The notes under the pieces were generated by a model. The model made no database searches. It saw only the letters and a list, made by a program, of their open reading frames with translations, and was not told the DNA's origin. Shown here in pieces: positions 18,493 through 29,208 of a stretch of DNA of 64,000 nt. Source of the stretch: an uncultured Clostridia bacterium (GTDB lineage Bacteria > Bacillota > Clostridia > TANB77 > CAG-508); assembly GCA_948530865.1 (NCBI GenBank), contig CAOTKV010000003.1, forward strand, positions 41,881-105,880, read 5' to 3'. The position numbers and the translations under genes were made by a program. The first letter of the stretch is position 1; each line of letters starts with the position of its first letter.

Positions 18493-19491
18493 TTAATTAT
18501 TCATTTTTCTTTCATAATTCCAAGAATCTCTGCAAATATCTTCTATTGTTTTTTCAGTTTTCCAGCCCAATTCTTCAAATGCTTTTGATGCATCTGCATA
18601 ATATTCTGGCAAATCTCCTGGTCTTCTATCTACAATTTTATAATTTACTTTTATATTATTTACTTTTTCAAAAGTTGTTACAAGTTCTAATACACTAACA
18701 CCTTTTCCTGATCCTAAATTATAAACATTTAAGCCATCTGGTGCATTTTCTAATGCTTTAACATGTCCTTTAGCTAAATCTACAACATGAATATAATCTC
18801 TTACTCCTGTTCCATCTACTGTGGGATAATCATTTCCCAAAATACTTAATTGTTCTAACTTTCCACTCGCAACTTTCATTACATATGGCATTAAATTATT
18901 TGGTATTCCATTTGGTTCTTCACCAATTAATCCAGATTCATGTGCTCCAACTGGATTGAAATATCTAAGCAATGTTATATTCCATGAATTATCTGAATAA
19001 TGTAAATCTTCCAATATTTTTTCTATCATTGATTTTGTAGTTCCATATGGACTTGTTGTTTCCCCTCTACCCATTGATTCAACATATTTTGTATATCCAT
19101 TATCTCCATAAACTGTAGCAGATGATGAAAAGACAAATTTCTTAACATTATGTGTTTTCATAACTTCTAAAAGATTTATGCTAGAAATTAAATTGTTTTG
19201 GTAATACATAAGAGGTTCTCTTACAGATTCACCAACAGCCTTGTATCCTGCAAAATGTATAACACCATCTATTTTTTCTTTTTCAAATATTTCTTCAACC
19301 TTTGTTTTATCTGTTAAATCATATTTATATAATTTAAACTTCTTTCCTGTAATTGATTCTATTTTTCCTAAAACTTCTTCTTTACTATTATAAAGATTAT
19401 CTGCAATTACAACTTCAAAATTAGAATTTGCAAGTTCAACAACTGTATGTGAACCAATAAAACCTAATCCACCTGTTACTAAAATTTTCAT
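18493..19491 (-). CDS. galE: UDP-glucose 4-epimerase
   Basis: 332 aa. MKILVTGGLGFIGSHTVVEL Rossmann motif, a YGTTK catalytic Y-x3-K, and a GalE-like overall layout. Confidence 0.85.
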   Translation of the reverse strand: MKILVTGGLGFIGSHTVVELANSNFEVVIADNLYNSKEEVLGKIESITGKKFKLYKYDLTDKTKVEEIFEKEKIDGVIHFAGYKAVGESVREPLMYYQNNLISSINLLEVMKTHNVKKFVFSSSATVYGDNGYTKYVESMGRGETTSPYGTTKSMIEKILEDLHYSDNSWNITLLRYFNPVGAHESGLIGEEPNGIPNNLMPYVMKVASGKLEQLSILGNDYPTVDGTGVRDYIHVVDLAKGHVKALENAPDGLNVYNLGSGKGVSVLELVTTFEKVNNIKVNYKIVDRRPGDLPEYYADASKAFEELGWKTEKTIEDICRDSWNYERKMNN

Positions 19492-19510
19492 AAATATTCC
19501 TCCATATTTT

Positions 19511-20263
19511 TTAACTTTCTAATTTATAAATAACATAATGTTCTGTTTCTGCCATAGGATTAAAATTAAAGTAAAAGAAATCCAAGCTAAGTACTGTTCC
19601 TTTATCCATAACAATATAATTACAATTGTTTTCTTTAGCAAGCTTTGTAATATTCTCAACATTTCCCGAATACATTGCTTGTACAAATTTATTTTTAGAA
19701 TAGTCCATTTTTGTATCTCTTTTATATGCAAGACCTATAGTTGCATCAACTTGCCTTATATAAGGCACAAGCTCTGGTAAAACCATTGCTTTTTTATTTG
19801 TTAAAGTATCTGCTCCTATAAGTTGAGCAACACGAACACTTTCATCTGGTACTTTATATAAATTTCCTATTGGCTGATAATTCAATTTATTATAAATAAA
19901 AGTTCCACTAACTATGATTGTAACTATTATTCCTATACATGCTACTATTTTTTCAAATTTTTCTTTTCCTTCATCAATAATTTTTACACTTGCATATGCT
20001 ATTGTACTTCCTAAAGGAAGCATCCAAAATACTCTCCAATATACTGAACCTGTAAAAATTTTCCCTACAATTTTATTAAATATTGGATTTAGTGTTATAA
20101 AAAATATTATTAATGGATAATAAACAAAAAATATTTTTTTCTTTTTATCCTCTTCTTTTAAAAAAATATAAATAATAGAAAAGAAAAATAATGCTAAATA
20201 CATTCCAGTTCCTTTAAATTGTTTGAAACTTTCTTTTACTATTGTAATGTTTTCTTGAAACAT
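19511..20263 (-). CDS. Membrane protein with about 4 TMs and a soluble C-terminal domain
   Basis: 250 aa. It lies 12 nt downstream of the 347-aa polytopic ORF. It may be the C-terminal half of a GT-C-like enzyme. Confidence 0.5.
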   Translation of the reverse strand: MFQENITIVKESFKQFKGTGMYLALFFFSIIYIFLKEEDKKKKIFFVYYPLIIFFITLNPIFNKIVGKIFTGSVYWRVFWMLPLGSTIAYASVKIIDEGKEKFEKIVACIGIIVTIIVSGTFIYNKLNYQPIGNLYKVPDESVRVAQLIGADTLTNKKAMVLPELVPYIRQVDATIGLAYKRDTKMDYSKNKFVQAMYSGNVENITKLAKENNCNYIVMDKGTVLSLDFFYFNFNPMAETEHYVIYKLES

Positions 20264-20275
20264 AACCTTTTCTCC

Positions 20276-21319
20276 TTATAAAATAAAATATAATATTCCA
20301 TAACAAATTGCAGGTATACAACATAAGAAATGTTTAAAAATGCTTTTTATACTTTTATTATAAGCACCATATAATAATCCAAGCACTCCTATTACAATTG
20401 ATGGAAAAGCAACTCCCATAGTTGTTGTAAATACACCTGCCCAAACTACAAGAAATAATGTAATTTTAGTTATTAATTCATCTTCCTTTTTTTCTTCACT
20501 TAAAAACATATAAAATATTAGTGGAATAATTATATTACATAAAACAGCTTTTCCTTGCCAAATTCTAAATAGTAAAAATGAAAATGTTGTTCTTATTGAA
20601 TAATTTCCAAACAAATTTAAAAAGCAAAACAATAACATAAATATAATAGTATTTTTTAAATCTTTATTAAATAACTCATATCCAAGTAATGCATATATTG
20701 AATAAACAATTATTATAAAAATAATCGGTAAGACGCAATGTGCTACAATTGCTGGATGTATATTTATCCAAGAAGACACTATTGCATAATATACTGGAAA
20801 TGGTCCTAATTTATATCTAAGATCATTATGCTCTCCACTTAGTTCACCTGTTGTTGGTGAATATTTAAATAATGTATTTGTTTGAACTGAGGTTGTAGCA
20901 GTTCCAACATAATACGCATCATCATCATCAATATGTGTATTGGTTCCAACATACATATACATTTGAAAAACAATTAATACTAAACAAATTATAGTTAATG
21001 TTTTAGGAATAGTTAACAATACATCAATTATATCCCAAAATATATCTTTAAATCTTTTAAAATTTAGTATTATAGATATTACAGCTAATATTAACAAAAC
21101 TGCAGTATATGTTATTAATAAACACTTATATGAAGTTTTTAAAAATATCATTGGAACTGTAAGAATCTGAGCAACAGTAAATTCAATAATATATCCAATT
21201 ACTAAACCTAATAAAATATTATTTTTCTGTTTATCCCAAAATTTTAATATTAATAAACCTAATAATTCTGGAAGTACTATTAAACATAAAATTGTAATTA
21301 AAAGTTTCATTATAATCAT
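20276..21319 (-). CDS. Polytopic membrane protein with acidic loop motif HIDDDDAYYVG, possible GT-C catalytic half
   Basis: 347 aa with 9-10 hydrophobic helices and an Asp-rich loop after TM4. Confidence 0.5.
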   Translation of the reverse strand: MIIMKLLITILCLIVLPELLGLLILKFWDKQKNNILLGLVIGYIIEFTVAQILTVPMIFLKTSYKCLLITYTAVLLILAVISIILNFKRFKDIFWDIIDVLLTIPKTLTIICLVLIVFQMYMYVGTNTHIDDDDAYYVGTATTSVQTNTLFKYSPTTGELSGEHNDLRYKLGPFPVYYAIVSSWINIHPAIVAHCVLPIIFIIIVYSIYALLGYELFNKDLKNTIIFMLLFCFLNLFGNYSIRTTFSFLLFRIWQGKAVLCNIIIPLIFYMFLSEEKKEDELITKITLFLVVWAGVFTTTMGVAFPSIVIGVLGLLYGAYNKSIKSIFKHFLCCIPAICYGILYFIL

Positions 21320-21323
21320 ACTT

Positions 21324-22676
21324 CTAATATTCTCCTTTATTATTTTCTTCTAGTTTTGGACATTCAGGAATAATATTTGCATGTAATAAAGGTATTGTTA
21401 CAAAGAAAATCATTCCTAAACAATCTGAACCACCTATTGAAAATCTACCTAAAGATTCAGAAAACATGTATATAAAATATGCTACATACATACAAACATA
21501 TATTATTTTATATTTCTTATCTAGTTTTTTTGATTTTATCATTTTTACTAATACAAAAATATATATTGATATAAAATACAAAACTTCTATAATTCCACCT
21601 GATACAAAAAATTCAATATAAGTATTATGAAATTGAGTAACCTTCATATTAGCATTTTGTATAGCCTCTACACCTTTAAATCTTCCAGCTCCAAACAATA
21701 CTGTTCCTGTATTTTCATTTGCAACATCTAATGCTACATTCCATATTTTAGTTCTTCCTGTTAATGTTTTTATTGAATCAACTCTTAATAATTTATTTAG
21801 TAACAATTCAGGGTTTATTCTATAAAGTGCAAATATTCCGATTGCGCCCAATACAGCTAATATAGCAATTATAACTATTTTTTGTGATATTTTCATTCTG
21901 TCATTAAATAGTAAATACAATCCTAAAAATAATATTGTAACAATTAATCCTGTTCTTGAAGCTGATAGTACCATATTAAATAAAAATATTAGTATACAAG
22001 CACAATATAATATTTTAAATATCATTTTTTTATTTCTAACTAACAAAATAATGCATGATATTATACATGGAAATAAAAAATAAGCAAATTGATTTTTTTG
22101 AGCAAAAAAGCTTTTTGGTGTATATATTTTTCCTTCAAGCTTAATAATTTTTAATGTTGCTAAAATATCTTGGTAATATAAAATAAAATTAAATACACAT
22201 GCAACTATTCCCATTAAAATTAAACATTTCATAAAATTGTAAATATATTTTTCATCTAAATCCATATTTATTAACAATATAAATAAAAATAGTATATTAG
22301 CAAACTTACAAGGAATATTAAATATATCAAAAAGATAATAATTTCCATTTTTTACATTTATAATTTGTACTATAGACCACATTAAAGTAACTCCAATTAA
22401 TAATGTAAATTCTATAATCATTGCTTTTGAAATTTTTATTTTTTTTATATAAAAGAAAAATAAAATTATAAAACCAGTACCAAATGCTGGTACTAAAATA
22501 TCAGTTCCTGCTGCTTTTGATGTTTTTGTATTATAATTTAATCTAATTAATGTAAAAAAATTTAAAAACACTATTATAAATAAAATTATTGGTAATGCAT
22601 TTTTATTAAAAATTTTACTAAATATATTTTTTCTTGGTTTATCTTGATAGCTATACTCCATTTTTTTCTCCCACAT
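21324..22676 (-). CDS. O-antigen polymerase/ligase family membrane protein (Wzy-like)
   Basis: 450 aa polytopic protein. SASRTGLIV and the loop FHNTYIEFFVSGGIIEVLYF match the Wzy_C-type motif as I recall it. Confidence 0.7.
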   Translation of the reverse strand: MWEKKMEYSYQDKPRKNIFSKIFNKNALPIILFIIVFLNFFTLIRLNYNTKTSKAAGTDILVPAFGTGFIILFFFYIKKIKISKAMIIEFTLLIGVTLMWSIVQIINVKNGNYYLFDIFNIPCKFANILFLFILLINMDLDEKYIYNFMKCLILMGIVACVFNFILYYQDILATLKIIKLEGKIYTPKSFFAQKNQFAYFLFPCIISCIILLVRNKKMIFKILYCACILIFLFNMVLSASRTGLIVTILFLGLYLLFNDRMKISQKIVIIAILAVLGAIGIFALYRINPELLLNKLLRVDSIKTLTGRTKIWNVALDVANENTGTVLFGAGRFKGVEAIQNANMKVTQFHNTYIEFFVSGGIIEVLYFISIYIFVLVKMIKSKKLDKKYKIIYVCMYVAYFIYMFSESLGRFSIGGSDCLGMIFFVTIPLLHANIIPECPKLEENNKGEY

Positions 22677-23881
22677 CCTCTTTTTTTGATACTAATAATA
22701 AAACAATAAACAATAACCATAAAATAATTTTGCAAATCAAATTTGCAATTGTAAATCCTATTAATCCATTTGTTTTGCTTAAACTATATCCTAAAACCGC
22801 AAAAATAGCAAAATAAATTATATATGTAATAACTAATTTATTTGTATTACTGTATTTTAATAATACAGATTTTATAAGAGTTGTTGCTGTTCCAAAAGCT
22901 GTTGTAATTGCAATAGGAAGTATTAAACAAAGCGCCTCACTCATATATTGACTATACAAAATTTTAAGTGCAATATATGTTAATGGAATTGTAATTATTG
23001 TTACAATAATTAATATTGGGATATTTGAAAGTAATGTAAGTTTTAAAATTTTCTTTTTACTATCTTTGCTTCTAGCATTTGATACCCATGATAATATAAC
23101 ACTTGACATTGGATTTGTTATTAAACTTGCAATCTTTGACATTGAGTTTACTGCATAATACACAGAAACAAGACTAGCACCAAACATTGGATAAATCAAA
23201 AACTTATCAAAATAATTCATTAAATTTGTTAAAAGCGAAACAAATCCTAACTGGAAAAATTTTTTTATAGTATTAAACATTTCTACAGTTTTAGAAAGTT
23301 TCATTTTTAAAATATCAGAATTTATTAATGCATAAACTATAGAAACAAACTCTGGTATAAACATTATTAAATATATATTAGAAATATATTTAAATAAAAC
23401 TAAGCTTACAATAACTCCGAACTAAATAAAATAAATTTTGAATAATAACCTTGTTATACTTTTTTTCTAATCTATAAAAACAAGTAGCATATAATCTTAC
23501 ATTCGCCATTAATATTGTTAGTACTAAAAATATGCTTCCTAAAATAGAATATTTTAAAAATATTAATATTGGAAATGTTATTATTGCCACAATTGGAGAA
23601 AGTGTAAGTAAAATTCTTGCAAAGTCTCCAATAATACTTTTTTCTTTATAATCACTATCTCGCACTAATCTTACATTTCCGAGTTCTCCACCAGTAACAT
23701 TGCAAATAACATTTAAAATAGAAATATATAAAACTAAACTTGAATATATTGTATCATCAACAGTTTTAGCAAGTATTGGTAGCAGTACAATTTGTTGTGC
23801 AATTATATAAATTCCAAATCCAATCATATTTAAAATCATATCTGAAAAGAAACTTTTATACTTTTTTAAAAAATTTATCAT
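22651..23881 (-). pseudogene. Wzx-type polysaccharide flippase split into 163-aa and 237-aa ORFs by a frameshift
   Basis: ORF 23390-23881 and ORF 22651-23364 are both all-helical membrane pieces and together total about 400 aa. The second frame stays open upstream to a TAG at 23422-23424. Both frames are therefore open over 23393-23421, as expected for a single indel. Confidence 0.55.
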
Positions 23882-23892
23882 TATCTATCCTT

Positions 23893-25083
23893 TTATTTTT
23901 CTAATATATTTTTAATAATTTTATATGTATTTTTTCTATCAAATTTTTCTTCAGCCAAACATCTATTATTTTTTCCAAGTCTTTCTCTTAAACTTTTATC
24001 TTTATATAACATTTCAATTTTTTCTGCAAGCTCTTCTGGATTGCTTACTTCAACATTATATCCAATTTGATAATCTTCAACTAATTTTCTATATTCTATA
24101 CATTCTTGATTATTTACAACTGGAAGTCCAGCTGCTGCATAATCACCAACTTTATTGATTATACTTTGAGCTGCACCTTTTGTAATTGAATTTACTGCAA
24201 TATCACAAGAACATAATTTACCTATCATTTCATCATAGCTAAGTCTTCCTGTAAATTTACAATTAACATCTTTTTCTTTTCCATAACTTTCAAAAACTTC
24301 TTGAAGTGGTCCATCTCCCATTACAACAAATAAAATATTTGTTAAACCTTTATCATATAAAATTTTTATACTATCTATTACACATTTTATATCATAACTG
24401 TGACCAAGAGTTCCAATATACGCCACTCTTACAACATCATCAAAAGGTACTATTTCAAATTCTTTTTTGGCTTTATCAAATTTTTCTAAATCAGTTCCTA
24501 AAAATACGCTATTTTTTTGTTTATATTTTTTATTCGCTTTTGCAGCTCTATCTGCATATGTATTTGAAACAGCAAATATATAATCTGCTTTTGAATAAAT
24601 ATAATCTGCTGTTTTTTTCATAGGAGCAAAAATTATATCACTAATTATTGGAACAGAAAATACCATTTTAAAAGCTTCTGGCCACAAATCTTGAACATCT
24701 ATTATAAATTCAATATTATTTTTTTCAGCAAACTTTGCCACAACTTTTGCAACATCTAATGAAGGAATTGCACAATAAATACAATTAGGCTTTTCAATTT
24801 GCTCTAAATATTTTTTTACATTTTTAGCAAATATATAATGTGAACGAAATCTTTTTAAAGATACATTTTTCTTATATCCAGGTTCATCTATTAAAGTTAT
24901 TTTATATTCTACATTATAATCTTCATTTTTTCTTTGCTTTTTTTCTCCATGTGAAAAACTTGACGTAATTAATTCTACATCACAGTTTTCTTTATCTAGT
25001 AAATCCAAAATATAAGTAAATCTACTATTTCCATTTTCATTAGGTAGTTTAGTAAAGTTAGCAATTACAAGTATTTTCTTCAT
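23893..25083 (-). CDS. GT4 (GT-B) glycosyltransferase
   Basis: 396 aa. VAYIGTLGHSYD and the C-terminal KVGDYAAAGLPVVN region are typical of GT4. Confidence 0.8.
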   Translation of the reverse strand: MKKILVIANFTKLPNENGNSRFTYILDLLDKENCDVELITSSFSHGEKKQRKNEDYNVEYKITLIDEPGYKKNVSLKRFRSHYIFAKNVKKYLEQIEKPNCIYCAIPSLDVAKVVAKFAEKNNIEFIIDVQDLWPEAFKMVFSVPIISDIIFAPMKKTADYIYSKADYIFAVSNTYADRAAKANKKYKQKNSVFLGTDLEKFDKAKKEFEIVPFDDVVRVAYIGTLGHSYDIKCVIDSIKILYDKGLTNILFVVMGDGPLQEVFESYGKEKDVNCKFTGRLSYDEMIGKLCSCDIAVNSITKGAAQSIINKVGDYAAAGLPVVNNQECIEYRKLVEDYQIGYNVEVSNPEELAEKIEMLYKDKSLRERLGKNNRCLAEEKFDRKNTYKIIKNILEK

Positions 25084-25106
25084 AATATTTTCTCCTCTCT
25101 TAAATC

Positions 25107-26084
25107 TTAAGAGTTTTTTCTATATGCTGGGAAAAATTCTTCATTTTTATCTATGTTCTTTAAAATACACAATTTATCATATATTTCTTGATTCCAAATT
25201 TTTCTTCCTATATAAAAATCTGTATCATAAACTTTAGCAAAATTTTTCTTGAATAAATATAAAGAATCTTCTTCACTATTTGACCTTCCACCACCATGAT
25301 GAATTAATTTATATCCATTTTCTTTTCCCCATAAAGTAACAGCATATCTTAATATATAAGCAGGTGATAAATATAAAAATTCTGTTAAAGTCCCAGATAG
25401 ATGTATGTGAATTATATCTTTATAAGTAAAATATAATCCAGCAGCTATAACTTTATTTTCAAAAATAGCTTCTATAAAAATAATATTACTTTTAAAATAT
25501 TTTAGTAAGTTATTAAAATATTCATCATCAAAATAATAATAATCAGTTGCACTATTTCTATCCATTGTAGAATAATAAATATCTTTAAAAGAATCAATAT
25601 TATCAGGTTTTTGAGTAATTTTATAAGTTACTCCTTTATTCAAAGCTTGTCTTATATTTTTTCTACAACTTTTTCCAAACTGATTTTGAACTGGATCATC
25701 TTCTTGTAATTTAGTAATTAAAGTTTTTCTCATATATTTAGCATTATACATTTTTCCAAAATCTTCATAGTTTTTTACTATTGGATGAAAACGAACAAAT
25801 TCACTTACTATGTTATTTTCTAAACAATACTTTGAAAATTCCTCTTGATATCTTTGGAGCAATTTTTCTTTATCACCAATTAAATTTTCTATAATAGAAC
25901 CACCATATCCATAGGGTGTAACTATATCAAAATATTCTTTTCCTTCTATTTTATCTGGAATTTTTCTTATCAAAAATTGATTTGTAATTTTACCATTTTC
26001 ATCTTTATATTCAAAAATTTCTGCTTTACCGTTTTCTATTTTTTCGTATAATTTTCCATAATTTTCATCAAAATATAAATCCAT
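25107..26084 (-). CDS. FemAB/GNAT-like aminoacyl transferase family protein
   Basis: 325 aa. The C-terminal HHGGGRSNSEEDSLYLFKKNFA resembles the FemAB-family conserved block. Confidence 0.55.
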   Translation of the reverse strand: MDLYFDENYGKLYEKIENGKAEIFEYKDENGKITNQFLIRKIPDKIEGKEYFDIVTPYGYGGSIIENLIGDKEKLLQRYQEEFSKYCLENNIVSEFVRFHPIVKNYEDFGKMYNAKYMRKTLITKLQEDDPVQNQFGKSCRKNIRQALNKGVTYKITQKPDNIDSFKDIYYSTMDRNSATDYYYFDDEYFNNLLKYFKSNIIFIEAIFENKVIAAGLYFTYKDIIHIHLSGTLTEFLYLSPAYILRYAVTLWGKENGYKLIHHGGGRSNSEEDSLYLFKKNFAKVYDTDFYIGRKIWNQEIYDKLCILKNIDKNEEFFPAYRKNS

Positions 26085-26091
26085 ATTTCTC

Positions 26092-27141
26092 CTAACTGAT
26101 TGTTAAAAATTCTATAATTGTCTCAATGTATTCTGAGATTTCTTTTTTTGTATATCTTTGATCACATATTAAAGATAATTCTTTTTCAAAAACATTATTT
26201 ATTCTTTCTTCTAAAGGCCAATGTATTGGTAAGTAAACTTGTTTTTCTATTAAATATTTCCTTAACTTATCTCTTAAATCATGTTCTAATATTATAGGCA
26301 CAAATAAAAGGCTATCATTTTGATTATAATCTTCTATTAAAAATCTGACGTTTACATTATTTCTTAATTTCTCATATATAATCTTAGCATTTTCTATTCT
26401 TGAATTTACAATTTTATTAATATTAATTCCCATAATTATTTTTAATGACTCTTCATCTATTGAGTAATTTTTATAGTCTTCATCAAGAACTTTTCCGCTC
26501 TGTGCATATTGATTTAAAAACATTTCTTTTGATATATTATTAGTGTTTTCTATATAATCTTTTTTATTTTGCATAGCAGACTTTTTTATATCAATCATCT
26601 TTGCATTAGATTTTAAATTAAGCTCTACTTCAAAATTTGAATTCATATTTACTGCAATTCCACCACTTGCAATTGGCATCCATTTTCTTAAACTTCCAAT
26701 TAAATAGTCGGAATTTTCACTGTATCTTTTACTTGAAAAAATACTATGTGTAATATCTTCAATTACAATTTTTCCTTGCTCTTTAAATTTTTTTATATAT
26801 AAATCCATATTAGTATTAGAATAACCAAAATAATTCATGGCTAAAAATATATCAATGTCAGTTCTAAAATCTATATCATACTTTAAACCTTCATTATAAT
26901 AAACATCATAATATTCAACTTCAATTCCTAAATCAAAAAATGGTTCAGCCATTGAAGAACAACTATATGATGGTAAATATGCTTTTTTTATTTGCTTATT
27001 TTTTAAAATGTTTTCAAGCACATAATATATTGAAGTTCTACCTGATAATGTAAATTTTGTATCCTTTCCAATATTCCAAAATTTTGAATTATCACAATTT
27101 AAACTTTCACTAAATTCCCAAAATTCACTACCAATTTCCAT
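26092..27141 (-). CDS. DegT/DnrJ/EryC1-like PLP-fold protein (second aminotransferase-like gene)
   Basis: 349 aa. It has a GRTSIYYVLE N-terminal region and a candidate PLP lysine in GSLRKWMPIASGG. Confidence 0.55.
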   Translation of the reverse strand: MEIGSEFWEFSESLNCDNSKFWNIGKDTKFTLSGRTSIYYVLENILKNKQIKKAYLPSYSCSSMAEPFFDLGIEVEYYDVYYNEGLKYDIDFRTDIDIFLAMNYFGYSNTNMDLYIKKFKEQGKIVIEDITHSIFSSKRYSENSDYLIGSLRKWMPIASGGIAVNMNSNFEVELNLKSNAKMIDIKKSAMQNKKDYIENTNNISKEMFLNQYAQSGKVLDEDYKNYSIDEESLKIIMGININKIVNSRIENAKIIYEKLRNNVNVRFLIEDYNQNDSLLFVPIILEHDLRDKLRKYLIEKQVYLPIHWPLEERINNVFEKELSLICDQRYTKKEISEYIETIIEFLTIS

Positions 27142-27297
27142 ACTACCTCTATAATTTTTAATTTTAATTATTTAATAATTTTCAAAGAATTGTTTTTTTG
27201 CAAGGCACTTGAAAAAGAAATACCAGAAATGTACTTTGTATATATTGAGGATTTTCTTTTGATAAGTAACGTAGCAAAAGAAAAATTATTTGGAAAT

Positions 27298-27672
27298 TTA
27301 TGCACGCCAGTCGATAAGAGACTCAATAATATTATTAGAAAAACAATAATAATTTTTTTTATCTTTTCTTATCTCATTTTTAAGCTTATCATCATTAGAT
27401 AATAAAATTGAATTTTCTTTTAAAATATCTTTTATATCTTTTCTTTCAATTTCTATTAAATCATTAAATAATAAAATGTCTATTTTATTACTTTTTAAAA
27501 ATTTAAAAACATTTTCTTTATTTTGAGTTAATAAATTAATTTTTATATTTTTATTAACACATTGATATAAATACATCATTACAAAAGTATTTATTTTTTC
27601 TAAATTTTCAAAACAAGTTTCAAAATCAATATAAACTTCTTTATAATCAATTCCGAAGTGAATATTTTCCAA
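27298..27672 (-). CDS. Hypothetical 124-aa protein
   Basis: It overlaps the ATP-grasp 3' end by 26 nt and is followed by a 156-bp non-coding gap. No motif recognised. Confidence 0.4.
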   Translation of the reverse strand: MENIHFGIDYKEVYIDFETCFENLEKINTFVMMYLYQCVNKNIKINLLTQNKENVFKFLKSNKIDILLFNDLIEIERKDIKDILKENSILLSNDDKLKNEIRKDKKNYYCFSNNIIESLIDWRA

Positions 27673-28573
27673 AGAACTGTTTATCTGCCTCTATTCTTAT
27701 ATCATTAAATGTTATTTCTACATCTTGACCTGCAAAATCTTTTAAAGCAATTAATGGCAAGTTAACATCTAAACATCTGCTTAAACTAAATGCCCCAGGA
27801 AGCCTTGTGCTTATTTCCAACAATTTAAATTTTCCATTTAAATCTTTTTTTATTTGAAAAAACCAAAATCCTCTAAATTCAATTTCTTTATTTAAAGATT
27901 CTGCTATATATTTTATTTCATCTGAAAGTTCAATTCTTCTTGCGTGAACATCAATTCCAGCAAGCATTCTATCAGCTTGTCTTGGATTACAAAATAGCAA
28001 TTTTCTATCTTTATTTGTGAAACAATCTACTGTAACTTCATCTCCTGGCAAATATTCACATATTATCATATCTTGCTCTTTAGCATAAAGTTCTAATTCT
28101 TGATTATTATTAACTTTATATGCATGTCTTCCTCCCTGATCGTCATCTTTTTTTACAAAAACAGGGAATTTATCAGCTTTATCTTTTTTATAAATTTCAG
28201 GAATAAAATTGTAAGCTTTCATTTTTTCATATGTCTTGCTTTTATATCTGCATAATAATGAAGTTTCATAATTAGAACATACTATTACAGCATTAATTCT
28301 ATCTTTATTTTTTTGCAAGAACAATGCTAAATCTTCATGTGTAGCAATAATAAATTTAAAATCATATTGCTTTATTTTTTCATTTAAAATTTCTATAAAT
28401 TTTTCATCTTTAATATTTGGAATATCATCAATATAATTTTTATAAACATATATCCCATGGTTTTTATTTATTGAAGCACCCCAAAGTTCAAACTCATCAT
28501 TATATCTTAAAGACATATTTATATCAGTTGAAGCTAAAGTTCCACAGTTTAATACTAACACTCTTTTTTTCAT
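27647..28573 (-). CDS. ATP-grasp ligase
   Basis: 308 aa. FVKKDDDQGGRHAY (glycine-rich loop), ICEYLPGDEVTVDCF and LLEISTRLPG are typical ATP-grasp blocks. Confidence 0.75.
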   Translation of the reverse strand: MKKRVLVLNCGTLASTDINMSLRYNDEFELWGASINKNHGIYVYKNYIDDIPNIKDEKFIEILNEKIKQYDFKFIIATHEDLALFLQKNKDRINAVIVCSNYETSLLCRYKSKTYEKMKAYNFIPEIYKKDKADKFPVFVKKDDDQGGRHAYKVNNNQELELYAKEQDMIICEYLPGDEVTVDCFTNKDRKLLFCNPRQADRMLAGIDVHARRIELSDEIKYIAESLNKEIEFRGFWFFQIKKDLNGKFKLLEISTRLPGAFSLSRCLDVNLPLIALKDFAGQDVEITFNDIRIEADKQFFGKYSLRN

Positions 28574-29208
28574 TATTGTTCCCCTTTATTTTTTAACTGA
28601 TTTTTTCTATATTCATCAAAATCTATAGTTTTTCCAGTTCCTCTTGTTACTACTCCATCTTTTTTTACTACCTTATAAAACGTTTTAAAAAGAATTTTTA
28701 AATCATTTATAAATGTTATATTATTTACATATTTAATATCATACGCAAAACGTTCTTCCCAGTTTAAAGTATTTCTACCATTTATTTGAGCAAGACCTGT
28801 TAAACCTGGTCTAACATCATGTCTATGTCTTTCTGTTTCATTATAATATGGCAAATAGCATACGGCAAGCGGTCTTGGACCTATTAAACTCATTTCACCT
28901 TTTAAAATATTTACAAGTTCTGGCAATTCATCTAAACTAGTTGCTCTTAAAATTTTTCCAAATTTAGTAAGTCTTTCAGAATCTGGAAGTAATTTACCAT
29001 TTTCATCTTTTTTATCAGACATACTTCTAAATTTATATAATCTAAATATCTTACCATCTTTTCCAGGTCTATCTTGTTTAAAAATTACAGGACTTCCTAG
29101 CTTTATTCTAACTAAAATTGTAACAATTAATATTATTGGTGATAAAAAAATTAATCCAAACAAACTTATTAAAATATCTAACAATCTTTTTACATATTTT
29201 TTATACAT
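28573..29208 (-). CDS. Small monotopic phosphoglycosyl transferase (PglC/WcfS-type 'bacterial sugar transferase')
   Basis: 211 aa. One N-terminal re-entrant helix, then KQDRPGKDGKIFRLYKFRSM, DELPEL, SLIGPRP. Confidence 0.85.
   Translation of the reverse strand: MYKKYVKRLLDILISLFGLIFLSPIILIVTILVRIKLGSPVIFKQDRPGKDGKIFRLYKFRSMSDKKDENGKLLPDSERLTKFGKILRATSLDELPELVNILKGEMSLIGPRPLAVCYLPYYNETERHRHDVRPGLTGLAQINGRNTLNWEERFAYDIKYVNNITFINDLKILFKTFYKVVKKDGVVTRGTGKTIDFDEYRKNQLKNKGEQ

Noticed and set aside
27190-27402. A 70-aa plus-strand ORF starting in the 156-bp gap between the 124-aa ORF and the DegT-like gene.
   Set aside because: There is no SD, and half of it is antisense to the 124-aa ORF. The gap itself may be a decayed gene remnant, but I could not read a convincing frame in it.
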